Shown here: positions 49,472 through 59,872 of the stretch, in pieces
Position numbering within the stretch: position 1 is the stretch's first letter
Layout of the letters: each line of letters opens with the position of its first letter
From: an uncultured Flavobacteriaceae bacterium
GTDB taxonomy: Bacteria; Bacteroidota; Bacteroidia; NS11-12g; UBA955
DNA: 64,000 nt
NCBI GenBank assembly: GCA_964475595.1
Contig: CAYYXG010000012.1
Location: forward strand, 19,465 to 83,464
Reading direction: 5' to 3'
Translations under genes and position numbers: made by a program
Notes under the pieces: model-generated
What the model was told of the DNA's origin: nothing
The model's database searches: none
Seen by the model: the letters and a program-made list of their open reading frames with translations, nothing else

Positions 49472-51196
49472 CAGTTCATCCAGTTGTTGCTGATCCAGGG
49501 CAGAAGGAGCATCTATCATTACATCGCGGCCTGCATTGTTTTTGGGGAATGCAATATAATCACGGATGGTTTCGCTACCGCCAAATAAACTACACAGCCG
49601 ATCGAAGCCAAAGGCAATCCCACCGTGGGGTGGTGCACCATATTCAAAAGCATCCATAAGAAAACCAAACTGAGAGCGTGCCTGTTCAGGGGTGAAACCC
49701 AGCAATTCAAACATGCGTTCCTGCAAACTTCGGTCGTGGATACGTATGCTCCCACCACCCACTTCCACACCATTGATAACCAGATCATACGCATTGGCAC
49801 GGACTGCCCCCGGATTGGTTTTCATCAGATGAACATCCTCGGGCAGCGGGCTGGTAAAGGGGTGATGCATGGCATGCCAGCGGCCGCTCTCCTCGTCTTG
49901 TTCGAGCAGCGGAAAGTCAATCACCCATAATGGTTTATAATTGAATGGATCGCGCAATCCCAATCTGGTTCCCATTTCCAGGCGAAGCTCATTCATTTGC
50001 TTGCGAACTTTATGGAGGGGACCAGCCAAAACCAGGATTAAGTCACCCGGTTTAGCTCCGCAAACAGCAGCCCATTGAGATAAAGCTTGCTGATCAAAAA
50101 ATTTATCTACTGAAGATTTGAATGTTCCGTCCTGTTCAACCCTGCAATAAATAAGGCCTGTGGCTCCAATCTGAGGACGCTTTACAAAATCGGTTAATTC
50201 ATCTAATTGTTTACGCGTGTATACTGCTGCACCCGGTGCACAAATGCCGACAACTGCCTCACTATTGTCAAAAACCCCAAATCCTTTGCCTTTGGCCACG
50301 TCATTTAAATCGGCAAAGCGCATATCAAAACGCAGATCGGGTTTATCACAACCATAGTATTGCATGGCATCCGCGTATGACATCATCGGAACCTCGGGTA
50401 GGTCCATCCCTTTAACATGTTGAAACAAATGCCGGGTTAGCCCCTCAAATACCTGCAAAATATCTTCACGCTCCACAAAACTCATTTCGCAGTCTATCTG
50501 TGTAAACTCGGGCTGTCGGTCTGCACGTAAATCCTCATCGCGGAAGCACTTCACAATTTGAAAGTACCGGTCAAATCCGCTCACCATCAGCAATTGCTTA
50601 AAAGTCTGCGGACTTTGAGGCAGTGCGTAAAACTGTCCGGGATTGAGGCGACTGGGAACCACAAAATCTCGGGCTCCCTCCGGGGTACTTTTAATCAGCA
50701 CCGGGGTTTCTACCTCTATAAAATCCGAGTCGCTGAGATAGCGTCGAACTTCCTGAGCCATTTTGTGCCGCAGTACCATATTGGCACGAACATTATCACG
50801 GCGCAAATCCAGGTAGCGGTATTGCATGCGTAAGTCATCTCCACCATCAGTTTCATTTTCAATCAGAAATGGCGGCGTTTTAGCAGAATTAAGCACCTTG
50901 AGGTCTGTGACAATTACCTCCACATCGCCCGTTGGTAGTTGAGCATTCTTACTTTCCCTTTCCGCCACTTTACCGGTGGCCTGAATGACAAATTCACGAC
51001 CTATTTGCGCTGCCTGCTGAAGAATTTCTGCATCATACCCTTCATTAAAAGCCAGCTGGGTAATACCATACCGATCACGAATATCAATAAAGGCCATACC
51101 TCCCATGGTTCGTATACGTGCAGCCCAGCCGGCAAGGGTTACAACCTTACCAACATCAGTTATTTTCAATTCTCCACAAGTGTGTGATCGGTACAT
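49448..51196 (-). CDS. aspS: aspartate--tRNA ligase
   Basis: [10 protein letters not shown], class II motifs ([31 protein letters not shown]); 582 aa. Confidence 0.97.
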   Translation of the reverse strand: MYRSHTCGELKITDVGKVVTLAGWAARIRTMGGMAFIDIRDRYGITQLAFNEGYDAEILQQAAQIGREFVIQATGKVAERESKNAQLPTGDVEVIVTDLKVLNSAKTPPFLIENETDGGDDLRMQYRYLDLRRDNVRANMVLRHKMAQEVRRYLSDSDFIEVETPVLIKSTPEGARDFVVPSRLNPGQFYALPQSPQTFKQLLMVSGFDRYFQIVKCFRDEDLRADRQPEFTQIDCEMSFVEREDILQVFEGLTRHLFQHVKGMDLPEVPMMSYADAMQYYGCDKPDLRFDMRFADLNDVAKGKGFGVFDNSEAVVGICAPGAAVYTRKQLDELTDFVKRPQIGATGLIYCRVEQDGTFKSSVDKFFDQQALSQWAAVCGAKPGDLILVLAGPLHKVRKQMNELRLEMGTRLGLRDPFNYKPLWVIDFPLLEQDEESGRWHAMHHPFTSPLPEDVHLMKTNPGAVRANAYDLVINGVEVGGGSIRIHDRSLQERMFELLGFTPEQARSQFGFLMDAFEYGAPPHGGIAFGFDRLCSLFGGSETIRDYIAFPKNNAGRDVMIDAPSALDQQQLDELSVSVKHR

Positions 51197-51258
51197 AGCG
51201 CGAAATTACAGCAAAAGCCCATATTGAGCACAGCATTTCCGGTATAAAACGCGAAAAA

Positions 51259-52302
51259 TCAGCCCTTAAAATGTTGCCAACCCTGGGCTTTGATATCAAA
51301 ACTTGCGCCGGATTTCCCAATGAGGCGATAAGCCCCTTTATTGGCAGTAGCATGACCAATAATCGTAAAATCGGGGTGGCTTTTTAGTTTTTCGTAGTGT
51401 TTCTGTGAAACTGTAAACAGCAATTCATAATCTTCGCCGCCGTTTAAAGCCACCACAGTAGGGTTCAAATCGAAATGCAGGGCCTGCGTTACTGCCTGAG
51501 GGTCAATCGGCAATTTTTCATCATAAATATCGAAGCCGCAGCCCGAATGCATCCCTAAATGATGAATTTCACTGGCCAGACCATCGCTGATATCAATCAT
51601 ACTGCTAGGAACAATCCCCATTTCGGCCAGCGATTGTATCACATCCAGCCTGGCATCGGGGCGCAATTGTCTGCCCACAATGTATTCATGACCCGCCAGA
51701 TCCGGCTGCATTCCGGGATGTTCCAAAAACACCTTTTTCTCACGTTCCAGAATTTGCAATCCCATGTAGGCAGCACCCAAATCACCCGAAACCACCAGCA
51801 AATCATTTTCATTAGCCCCGGAGCGCTTGCAGAGTTTATCTTTGGCCACCTGTCCATACACGGTAATGGTGAGGGAAAGACCACGCGGAGATGCCGTTGT
51901 ATCACCCCCTGCCAGGTCTACGTTGTATTTATCGCAGGCCAACCTAATTCCCGCGTAGAGTTCCTCCACTGCTTCCAGCGAAAAACGGTTGCTCAGTCCC
52001 AGAGAAACCAAAATTTGCGAGGGGGTGCCATTCATGGCGCAGATATCGCTCACAGCGGTGGCCACCGCTTTGTACCCCAGGTGTTTCAGCGGATGAAATG
52101 ACAAATCAAAATGGATGCCTTCAAACATGGCATCCACCGTCAGCAGTCCATACTCAGTGCCGCCGGAATCAATCACGGCAGCATCATCGCCAATACCCAA
52201 CAAAGTGGAAGGATTTTTATTTTCAAAAAAAGAGGCCAGGTGGTTGATGAGTCCAAACTCACCGAGGTCGCTTAATTCAGTTCTTTCTTTGTTTTCAAAC
52301 AT
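51259..52302 (-). CDS. thiL: thiamine-monophosphate kinase
   Basis: IGDDAAVI, AIR-synthase-related N- and C-terminal domains; 347 aa. Confidence 0.88.
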   Translation of the reverse strand: MFENKERTELSDLGEFGLINHLASFFENKNPSTLLGIGDDAAVIDSGGTEYGLLTVDAMFEGIHFDLSFHPLKHLGYKAVATAVSDICAMNGTPSQILVSLGLSNRFSLEAVEELYAGIRLACDKYNVDLAGGDTTASPRGLSLTITVYGQVAKDKLCKRSGANENDLLVVSGDLGAAYMGLQILEREKKVFLEHPGMQPDLAGHEYIVGRQLRPDARLDVIQSLAEMGIVPSSMIDISDGLASEIHHLGMHSGCGFDIYDEKLPIDPQAVTQALHFDLNPTVVALNGGEDYELLFTVSQKHYEKLKSHPDFTIIGHATANKGAYRLIGKSGASFDIKAQGWQHFKG

Positions 52303-52305
52303 ATT

Positions 52306-53742
52306 TTAATAAGCTATGCACACATTTTTAGGTTCTGTAAAGAAGCGCATGGCTTCCCAACCGCCTTCTCTTCCAACGCCGCTTTGTTTTACACCGCCAA
52401 ACGGGGTGCGTAGGTCGCGCAGCAACCAACAGTTCACCCATACAATTCCCGAATGAAGCGCCTCTGCCATCCGATGGGCTCTTTTCAGGTCATTGGTCCA
52501 AAGGGTAGAAGCCAAGCCGTAGGCGGTTCCATTGGCCATTTCCAACACTTCTTCCTCCGTATCGAATGGAATTAAGGAAATCACCGGACCAAAAATCTCT
52601 TCCGTATTGGTTCGGCAGGTGGCATTCAGCCCTTCTATGATGGTGGGAGCAATAAACCAACCATGTTCAAATCCGGCAGGTTTCACAGATTCACCACCGC
52701 ACAAAATTGTGCCTCCCTCCTGTTTGGCAAGTTCGATGTAGGACAATACCTTTTCAAAATGGGGCTTGGAGACAATCGCACCCACCCGGGTTTTATCATC
52801 AAATGGGTCTCCCACCTGCATTTTGGCCACTTCCAACAGCAGTGCGGATTTGAAAGCATCATACACACGGGTATGTACGAATACTCTGGACCCGCAAAGG
52901 CATATTTCACCTTGGTTTAGGAATGAAGAACGCACGCTGGTTTTCACCGCCTCGTTAAAATCCGCATCATCAAATATGATATTGGGATTTTTACCTCCCA
53001 GTTCCAAACTCAGTTTTTTGAACATGGGTGCGGCCACAGCGGCAATATGTTTGCCGGTGGATGTTCCCCCGGTGAAGGAAATGGCCTTTATTTCGGGATG
53101 TTCCACAATCGCCTGACCACAGGTACTACCCAAACCATGTACCACATTGAGTACCCCGGGAGGTAAGCCGGCCTTATTTGCAATTTCGCACAATAAGTGT
53201 GCAGTGAGCGGCGTAAACTCACTGGGCTTAGCAATTACGCAGTTTCCGGCTGCCAATGCGGGTGCTATTTTCCAGGTGAAAAGATAAAGGGGCAGATTCC
53301 AGGGACTTATACACCCCACAAGCCCTACAGGTTGTCTGAGTGTATAATTAATGGCACGGGTATCGGTCTGATGGCTTTCTGAGGCAAATTGCACTGCTGC
53401 AGTAGCAAAAAACCTGAAATTCTGGGATGCACGCTGCATCTCAGATTTTGATAGCCAAAGTGGCTTACCCTGATCTCGGCTTTCGGCCACGGCCAATTCG
53501 TTCAGATTGGTCTCAATTCCTTCTGCAATGGCATTGAGGATGCGGAAACGATCTTCGGAGGGCATGGCTTTCCATGCGGGGAATGCGATTTTAGCTGCAT
53601 CTACGGCTTTTTGCACATCATGGCTTGTACCATTTGCAATTTTTGCAAAAACCTCTCCGGTTGCGGGGTTAAAGCCATCCAGGTATTCTCCGGATGTTGG
53701 CGCAACAAATAGGCCGTTGATAAAATGGTTGATGCTAATCAT
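52306..53742 (-). CDS. NAD(P)-dependent aldehyde dehydrogenase
   Basis: FTGGTSTGK, ELGGKNP, catalytic GEICLCGSR and PFGGVKQSGVGREGG. Confidence 0.92.
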   Translation of the reverse strand: MISINHFINGLFVAPTSGEYLDGFNPATGEVFAKIANGTSHDVQKAVDAAKIAFPAWKAMPSEDRFRILNAIAEGIETNLNELAVAESRDQGKPLWLSKSEMQRASQNFRFFATAAVQFASESHQTDTRAINYTLRQPVGLVGCISPWNLPLYLFTWKIAPALAAGNCVIAKPSEFTPLTAHLLCEIANKAGLPPGVLNVVHGLGSTCGQAIVEHPEIKAISFTGGTSTGKHIAAVAAPMFKKLSLELGGKNPNIIFDDADFNEAVKTSVRSSFLNQGEICLCGSRVFVHTRVYDAFKSALLLEVAKMQVGDPFDDKTRVGAIVSKPHFEKVLSYIELAKQEGGTILCGGESVKPAGFEHGWFIAPTIIEGLNATCRTNTEEIFGPVISLIPFDTEEEVLEMANGTAYGLASTLWTNDLKRAHRMAEALHSGIVWVNCWLLRDLRTPFGGVKQSGVGREGGWEAMRFFTEPKNVCIAY

Positions 53743-54290
53743 GGTTTGAATTGCTGTCGTTTAAAAGTACCCATTATTTCTGTTCGCTTAGGCGACGACC
53801 AGATGTAATCTTCTGTTATCTGGATATTGTAACCCTTTCCGGGCAAATAGCTTAGCACCTGATCCCGGTCTACCCACATGCTGCGTTTTCGGGTTTTAAT
53901 CTCCATCATTTCCAGATTTTGGTTTCGTCGCGTGAGGCTAATTTCCTGAATTTCCAATGCAGTATCTTTGGCCGTGAAACGGGTGATGCTTAGTCGATCA
54001 TTGCTGTCGGCCGATACATTAAATGCTTGTGCATAGGAGGCCGATGTCATATCCAAAGAAGTGAATGGCAACAGTTCGGAAGCCCAGTTCAGGGAATCCT
54101 CGCTGAATGCGGCAATGTCATCTGCCTGTGCGATGGTTTTATCCAGACCGGGCTGATCTGCTGACAATTTTTTAATTTGTTCCTGAAAATACGCCTTAAT
54201 ATCAGGCATTCCAGCTTGCAGCGAGAACTTATCGGGATTGCTATTGCATGCCCACATCACAAGGGGCAATACAAAGATTAAGAACCTCAA
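53739..54290 (-). CDS. lipoprotein, unknown function
   Basis: Lipobox PLVMWAC. Overlaps both neighbouring genes by 4 nt, suggesting an operon. Confidence 0.65.
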   Translation of the reverse strand: MRFLIFVLPLVMWACNSNPDKFSLQAGMPDIKAYFQEQIKKLSADQPGLDKTIAQADDIAAFSEDSLNWASELLPFTSLDMTSASYAQAFNVSADSNDRLSITRFTAKDTALEIQEISLTRRNQNLEMMEIKTRKRSMWVDRDQVLSYLPGKGYNIQITEDYIWSSPKRTEIMGTFKRQQFKP

Positions 54291-55786
54291 AACAGTGCCC
54301 TCCCTGTCATGGCCGTTGGTTGTGGAAGTTGCATCATTTTCAAAATGGTCGGCGCCACATCAGCCAGTATCCCATTGTGTAGGTGCGGATTCATGGATGG
54401 ACTTACCAGCCAGCAAGGAACAGGATTGGTAGTATGCGCGGTATTGGGCGATCCATCTTCATTAATGGCCATATCTGCATTGCCATGATCGGCGATGATA
54501 AGAAAGTGGTATTGGTGTTTCAAACCTGCTTCCACAAGCTGCCTCAGGCAATCATCTACCGTTTCACATGCTTTCACAATGGCATCAAAAACACCGGTAT
54601 GTCCTACCATATCAGGATTGGCAAAATTCAGGCAAATAAAATCGGGCTGTTTTTCTTCGAGAAATGCGATGGCCTTCCGGGTAAGTTCGGGCGCACTCAT
54701 TTCCGGTTGCAGATCGTAGGTAGCTACTTTCGGCGATGCGGCCATGATACGCTCCTCGCCTATGAAGGGCTCTTCCCTACCACCTGAGAAAAAGAAAGTA
54801 ACGTGCGGATATTTTTCGGTTTCAGCAGCACGCAACTGGGTTTTACCAGCGTTTGAAACCACTTCACCCAGCGTATCGGTTAGGTTTTGATTTTCAAAAA
54901 TTACGCCTGATATGTTGAACGTCTCATCATATTCGGTGAGGGTGTAATAATCCAGACTCAGGGCACGCATTCCCTGATCGGGGAAGTTCTCTTGGGTAAG
55001 CGCCCTAGTGATTTGACGGCCGCGGTCTGTGCGAAAATTAAAACACAACACCGTATCACCCTCACATATCAGTCCCTCTGAACCCGGTAAAAATCGCAGG
55101 GGCTCCATGAATTCATCGGTGATGCCGGCCTCGTATTGGGCAGCAATACCATCTTCGGCAGACGCCACATATTCTCCTACGCCATTTACCATCAGGTCAT
55201 AGGCTTTTTTTACCCGTTCCCAGCGCTTGTCGCGGTCCATGGCGTAATAACGACCCACGACGGTACTTAGTTGCACACCAGTCCCCTCAAGCTCGCCCTG
55301 AAGGCGTTTAATAAAGTTTAAACCACTTTTGGGGTCGGTATCTCTGCCATCCAGAAAAGCATGTATAAATACATTTTTAACCCCTGCTTCTGCGGCCATT
55401 TTCCCCAACGCAATGGCATGATCGATGTGAGAATGCACACCACCGTCGCTCACCAGACCCATGAGATGCAAATTGCCTTTGCTGGCAAAAACCTTTTGCA
55501 GCATGGTGTTTTCGGAAATACTGCCATCGGAAAACGCTTTGTTAATCCGAACCAGCATTTGCCAGACAATCCGCCCGGCACCAATGTTCATGTGGCCCAC
55601 TTCACTGTTTCCCATTTGTCCTTCCGGCAAACCCACATGCTCGCCATCGGTTCTCAGCGAAGCATGAGGGAAAGTATCCCACAGCATATCGGTGAATGGG
55701 GTTTTGGCATTCCACACGGCATCGCTGCGGTCATGCCTTCCTATGCCCCAGCCATCCAGAATTACGAGTGCTGCTTTTTCCGACAT
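54287..55786 (-). CDS. gpmI: 2,3-bisphosphoglycerate-independent phosphoglycerate mutase
   Basis: ILDGWG, MGNSEVGHMNIGAGR and ADHGNAD; 499 aa. Confidence 0.96.
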   Translation of the reverse strand: MSEKAALVILDGWGIGRHDRSDAVWNAKTPFTDMLWDTFPHASLRTDGEHVGLPEGQMGNSEVGHMNIGAGRIVWQMLVRINKAFSDGSISENTMLQKVFASKGNLHLMGLVSDGGVHSHIDHAIALGKMAAEAGVKNVFIHAFLDGRDTDPKSGLNFIKRLQGELEGTGVQLSTVVGRYYAMDRDKRWERVKKAYDLMVNGVGEYVASAEDGIAAQYEAGITDEFMEPLRFLPGSEGLICEGDTVLCFNFRTDRGRQITRALTQENFPDQGMRALSLDYYTLTEYDETFNISGVIFENQNLTDTLGEVVSNAGKTQLRAAETEKYPHVTFFFSGGREEPFIGEERIMAASPKVATYDLQPEMSAPELTRKAIAFLEEKQPDFICLNFANPDMVGHTGVFDAIVKACETVDDCLRQLVEAGLKHQYHFLIIADHGNADMAINEDGSPNTAHTTNPVPCWLVSPSMNPHLHNGILADVAPTILKMMQLPQPTAMTGRALF

Positions 55787-55851
55787 GCTGCAAAGTTACA
55801 TCATCCCCGCGGCCAAGGGATAACTTTTCTTTCATTTCGGCGCCAATCATT

Positions 55852-55859
55852 GTAGGTTT
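55852..55859 (+). promoter_or_regulatory. Bacteroidota -7 promoter box (TAggTTTG)
   Basis: TAnnTTTG match about 10 nt upstream of the ATG at 55869. Confidence 0.35.
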
Positions 55860-55868
55860 GTATCATGA

Positions 55869-56300
55869 ATGAGCTCCATGCAGTTTAGCACACTTTTTGC
55901 ACTCAATATAACCATGCGCAGATTCTGTATTTTGGCAGGTATGTTACTGCTGGCCGGATTCGCCCGGGGGCAAGTAGTAGTGGAGGTAGAACCTTCCGTG
56001 AAAGAAATGGAAGAAACGCGAACTGCTCGCCGAAAAGCCAATTTGGACAAAGTGCGTGGATACCGGATCCTCATTGGTTTCTTCTCTTCACGTGCCGAAG
56101 CTGAAGCCTTGAAAGAACAGGCGCAGGAGCCGTTCGGAGGCAAATATGGGGTGACTGTTATTTACGATGAACCCAATTTTAAAGTTTATGTAGGTCAGTT
56201 TACTCTATCGGATGATGCCGATGCTGCTTTGGTGGAAATACGCCGAAAATTCAGCAGTGCCACGCGCATTTCAGACATTATAAAACGGACACCAAAATAA
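55869..56300 (+). CDS. SPOR-domain (peptidoglycan-binding) protein
   Basis: N-terminal signal/anchor. The C-terminal GYRILIGFFSSRAEAEALKEQ...FKVYVGQFTLSDDADAALVEIR is a typical SPOR repeat. Confidence 0.8.
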   Translation: MSSMQFSTLFALNITMRRFCILAGMLLLAGFARGQVVVEVEPSVKEMEETRTARRKANLDKVRGYRILIGFFSSRAEAEALKEQAQEPFGGKYGVTVIYDEPNFKVYVGQFTLSDDADAALVEIRRKFSSATRISDIIKRTPK

Positions 56301-56325
56301 GTGTGGTTTAATTCACTATGTTCAA

Positions 56326-56333
56326 TAAATTTG
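56326..56333 (+). promoter_or_regulatory. Bacteroidota -7 promoter box (TAaaTTTG)
   Basis: TAnnTTTG match 19 nt upstream of the ATG at 56352. Confidence 0.45.
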
Positions 56334-56351
56334 CGCTTTCTCTGATAAGTC

Positions 56352-56873
56352 ATGTCCGGAAAACTCGATAGCAAAACCCTGAAAATTAAGGAAGATGTGC
56401 GCGAAATTTTCACGGCATACCTGGAAAAGAAAAAACAGCGCAAAACACCCGAGCGATATGCCATTCTGGATGAAATCTACACCCACAAAGAGCATTTTGA
56501 CGTAGATACACTATACCTGAAAATGAAAAACCGCAATTACCATGTTAGCCGCGCCACGGTTTACAACACACTGGATTTGCTGGTAGATTCAGGTTTGGTC
56601 AAAAAACACCAGTTTGGCGAAAACACCTCCCATTTTGAGCAGGCATTTGGTTTTAAGCAGCATGACCATTTAATCTGCGTTACCTGCAAAAAAGTGGTAG
56701 AATTCTGCGATCCCAGGGTGCAACAAATTAATACCACCATGGGCAACCTGCTAAAGTTCGATGTAACACACCACTCCCTGCATCTCTATGCACAGCCACA
56801 AATTTTAAATGGCGACTGCATGCACTGTGGTAAAAATCTCTCCAACACTGATAATATAAACCCGAATGGTTGA
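56352..56873 (+). CDS. Fur-family metalloregulator (Fur/Zur/PerR; specificity unknown)
   Basis: Winged-helix N-terminal domain. HDHLICVTCKKVVEF (first CxxC) and DCMHCG (second CxxC). Overlaps purA by 8 nt. Confidence 0.85.
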   Translation: MSGKLDSKTLKIKEDVREIFTAYLEKKKQRKTPERYAILDEIYTHKEHFDVDTLYLKMKNRNYHVSRATVYNTLDLLVDSGLVKKHQFGENTSHFEQAFGFKQHDHLICVTCKKVVEFCDPRVQQINTTMGNLLKFDVTHHSLHLYAQPQILNGDCMHCGKNLSNTDNINPNG

Positions 56874-58137
56874 TGTAATTTTAGGCCTTCAATGGGGCGA
56901 CGAAGGCAAAGGCAAAATCGCCGATTTTTTAACCCCGCAATACGACATTGTCGCCCGTTTTCAAGGGGGGCCCAACGCCGGCCACAGCTTGGAATTTGAA
57001 GGCAAAAAGTTTGTACTGAACACCATTCCTTCCGGTATTTTCCGAAAAGGAATACTGAATGTGATAGGAAACGGCGTGGTGGTGGATCCCATTCGCCTTC
57101 AGGCCGAAATTGACCGTATCAAAGACGAGTGCCCCGACTACGCAGATAGATTGCTGGTTTCAAAAAAGGCACACCTGATTTTGCCCACGCACCGCATTCT
57201 GGATGCCGCCTCTGAGGCCGCCAAAGGCGATGCTAAAATCGGGAGTACCCTGCGTGGAATAGGGCCCACCTACCGTGACAAAACCGGACGTAGCGGACTT
57301 CGCATTGGCGATGCACTGGAAAAAGACTTCATGGAGCGTTACCGCCAAACCGTGGAAATGCATCTTACACAGATCGCCTCTCTCGGCTTTACTCAATTCA
57401 ACCTGCATGAAGAAGAGACTGCCTTCTTTAGCGCCTTGGAAGCACTGAAAAAACTACAGTTGGTAAACTCTGAATACCTGATTAACGAAGCGATACAGCA
57501 AGGCAAAAAAATACTGGCAGAAGGCGCCCAGGGTTCCATGCTTGATGTGGAGTTTGGCTCCTATCCCTTCGTTACCTCCAGCACCACGCTGGCCGGTGGC
57601 GTATGCAGCGGACTGGGCGTTGCACCCAAGCACATCCGCAAGGTGTATGGCATTTTCAAGGCCTACTGCACCCGCGTGGGCGGTGGTCCTTTTCCTACAG
57701 AACTGGATGATGACATGGGGGAACTGCTGCGTAAAAAAGGACATGAATTCGGCGCCACCACCGGAAGACCACGCAGAACCGGATGGCTGGACATGGTAGC
57801 CCTGAAATATACGTGCATGCTGAACGGTGTAGACGAGCTCATCATGATGAAATCGGATGTGATGTGTGATATACCCGAAGTAAAAGCAGCCACCTCCTAC
57901 ACCATCCACGGAGAGGAAACCCAGCAGGTGCCGGCCAACCTATGCAGCACTGAGGTTCTACCCAATTACCGAACTTTTGCCGGCTTTGGCCCCCATCTCG
58001 ACCACAGCGGAGGTTTTGAAGCATTGCCTGATGCATTCAAGGACTACATTGCCTTCATTGAAGAAAACCTGAATACACCCATTCGTGTAATTTCACTGGG
58101 ACCTGAAAGAGACAAAACCATCGTTCGCAACAAATGA
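56866..58137 (+). CDS. purA: adenylosuccinate synthase
   Basis: VILGLQWGDEGKGKI, GPNAGHS and GTTGRPRRTGWLD. Confidence 0.97.
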   Translation: MVDVILGLQWGDEGKGKIADFLTPQYDIVARFQGGPNAGHSLEFEGKKFVLNTIPSGIFRKGILNVIGNGVVVDPIRLQAEIDRIKDECPDYADRLLVSKKAHLILPTHRILDAASEAAKGDAKIGSTLRGIGPTYRDKTGRSGLRIGDALEKDFMERYRQTVEMHLTQIASLGFTQFNLHEEETAFFSALEALKKLQLVNSEYLINEAIQQGKKILAEGAQGSMLDVEFGSYPFVTSSTTLAGGVCSGLGVAPKHIRKVYGIFKAYCTRVGGGPFPTELDDDMGELLRKKGHEFGATTGRPRRTGWLDMVALKYTCMLNGVDELIMMKSDVMCDIPEVKAATSYTIHGEETQQVPANLCSTEVLPNYRTFAGFGPHLDHSGGFEALPDAFKDYIAFIEENLNTPIRVISLGPERDKTIVRNK

Positions 58138-58742
58138 AAATCGTTTGCATAGGCCGCAATTATGCCGCCCATTTGCGGGAGCTGAATAACGCCATGCCCG
58201 ATGAACCGGTTATTTTTATCAAGCCCGATTCTGCAGTGCTGCGCAATAACGCTCCATTTTTCATCCCTGAATTCACCCGGGATGTGCACCATGAAATAGA
58301 AGTGGTGGTGAAAATAAAAAAGAATGGAAAATCCATCCCGGTGCAGTTTGCAGCCGATTACTACGACGAAATTACGGTAGGCATTGACTTTACCGCCCGT
58401 GATCTTCAAAGCAAACTCAAAGAAAAAGGGCTGCCCTGGGAAAAGGCCAAAGGGTTTGACCATTCGGCCGTTATAGGAAAATTCATACCCAAAACAGGGC
58501 TCAACATACAGCAACTGGACTTTCACCTCACCAAAAACGGAAATGTTGTGCAGCGTGGGAATACGGAAATGATGATGCATTCTGTAGATGAGGTGATAGC
58601 ACACGTATCGCAGTACTTTATGCTAAAAACCGGGGATTTAATATTCACGGGAACCCCTGAAGGGGTGGGCCCGGTGACCTGTGGTGATGAATTAAAAGGA
58701 TTTCTGGGCGATACCCAGCTTTTTCGTTGCGCTGTGCGTTAA
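58134..58742 (+). CDS. fumarylacetoacetate hydrolase (FAH) family protein
   Basis: KIVCIGRNYAAH, HEIEVVV and GDLIFTGTPEGVGPV. Confidence 0.88.
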   Translation: MKIVCIGRNYAAHLRELNNAMPDEPVIFIKPDSAVLRNNAPFFIPEFTRDVHHEIEVVVKIKKNGKSIPVQFAADYYDEITVGIDFTARDLQSKLKEKGLPWEKAKGFDHSAVIGKFIPKTGLNIQQLDFHLTKNGNVVQRGNTEMMMHSVDEVIAHVSQYFMLKTGDLIFTGTPEGVGPVTCGDELKGFLGDTQLFRCAVR

Positions 58743-59650
58743 TCGATGCGGATAAGGCGGTTAAAAGCTTCCAGGCGCTCATTCACGTCGTCCATAGTGA
58801 TTTCCTGCAGGCGTTCGGTACCGAATTTTTCTACGCAGAAACTGGCCATACAACTGGCATACAACAGGGCTTTCTTCATGTCTTCGAAGCGATTGCTGCC
58901 TGTGCGGGCCATGTAGCCGATAAATCCACCTGCAAAGGTGTCTCCCGCCCCGGTGGGGTCGAAAACATCTTCCAGTGGCAGGGCCGGACAGAAGAAAATC
59001 TGATCTTCGCCAAACAATAGGGCACCGTGTTCGCCTTTCTTAATGATTAGGGTAGAAGGACCCATGGCCTGAATCTTCTTGGCGGCTTTCACCAAACTAT
59101 GTTCACCACTCAGCTGCCGTGCTTCTTCATCGTTGATGGCGAGCACATCCACTTTTTGCAGTACCTGCCGCAAATCATCCATGGCTATGTCCATCCAGAA
59201 GTTCATGGTATCCATCACCACCAGTTTGGGCCTGCGGGTAAGTCGGCTGAGGGTGGTTAGCTGCACCTGCGGGGTAAGGTTGCCCAGCATCACATAATCG
59301 GGCTGCTGCCATGCTTCCGGAATGATGGGATCGAAAGTACCCAGTACGTTCAGCTCGGTAACCAGTGTATCACGGCTGTTCATGTCCATGTGATATTTGC
59401 CATGCCAGAAGAAAGATTTTTCGCCTTCTTTTACCTGCAGCCCTGAGGTATCCACACCACGGGATTTCAGGGTTTCAATAAAATTAAAGTCGAAGTCATC
59501 GCCTACCACGGCCACCAGGCCCACGTTGTTATGAAGCATTGAAGCAGACAGCGAGATGAAAGAGGCGGCACCACCCACAATTTTTCCGGTACTGCCAAAA
59601 GGGGTATCAATGGCATCAAAAGCAACGGAACCGATGATAAGAAGGCTCAT
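58739..59650 (-). CDS. PfkB-family sugar/nucleoside kinase
   Basis: LLIIGSVAFD, and the DPTGAGDTFAGGF anion-hole/ATP motif. I chose the internal ATG at 59650. Confidence 0.88.
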   Translation of the reverse strand: MSLLIIGSVAFDAIDTPFGSTGKIVGGAASFISLSASMLHNNVGLVAVVGDDFDFNFIETLKSRGVDTSGLQVKEGEKSFFWHGKYHMDMNSRDTLVTELNVLGTFDPIIPEAWQQPDYVMLGNLTPQVQLTTLSRLTRRPKLVVMDTMNFWMDIAMDDLRQVLQKVDVLAINDEEARQLSGEHSLVKAAKKIQAMGPSTLIIKKGEHGALLFGEDQIFFCPALPLEDVFDPTGAGDTFAGGFIGYMARTGSNRFEDMKKALLYASCMASFCVEKFGTERLQEITMDDVNERLEAFNRLIRID

Positions 59651-59708
59651 GAAATATTTTTTTTGCAAAAAAACCACAAAACTTCTTGAAAAAAAACGTT
59701 TAACCCAT

Positions 59709-59716
59709 TATTTTTG
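59709..59716 (+). promoter_or_regulatory. Bacteroidota -7 promoter box (TAttTTTG, context tatttttgcactcc)
   Basis: Lies 45 nt upstream of the tRNA-Asn 5' end, with the same gcactcc extension as the boxes at 11465 and 38749. Confidence 0.5.
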
Positions 59717-59760
59717 CACTCCGATTCAAGAAACACTGGTTGTTTCAAGAAAAGGCAAAC

Positions 59761-59834
59761 TCCTTGATAGCTCAGCTGGTTAGAGCGAGCGGCTGTTAAC
59801 CGCTAGGTCGTTGGTTCGAGTCCAACTCAGGGAG
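59761..59834 (+). tRNA. tRNA-Asn (anticodon GTT)
   Basis: Manual fold: acceptor TCCTTGA/TCAGGGA (one G-U pair), anticodon stem AGCGG/CCGCT with loop CTGTTAA, T-arm GGTTCGAGTCC. Confidence 0.9.
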
Positions 59835-59846
59835 CAAAACTAAAAA

Positions 59847-59872
59847 AGGCGACAGAAATGTCGCCTTTTTTA
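59847..59872 (+). terminator. intrinsic terminator after tRNA-Asn
   Basis: AGGCGACAgaaaTGTCGCCT followed by TTTTTT. Confidence 0.8.

Noticed and set aside
56352-56873. The apparent C-terminal extension of the Fur-family regulator with an extra CxxC.
   Set aside because: The second CxxC (DCMHCG) together with CVTCKK forms the usual structural Cys4 zinc site of Fur-family proteins, so this is not anomalous.
58044-58604. 186-aa minus-strand ORF.
   Set aside because: It is antisense to the FAH-family gene, which has clear family motifs. The same reasoning applies to 51559-52101, 55361-55855, 57454-57909 and 10492-10992.
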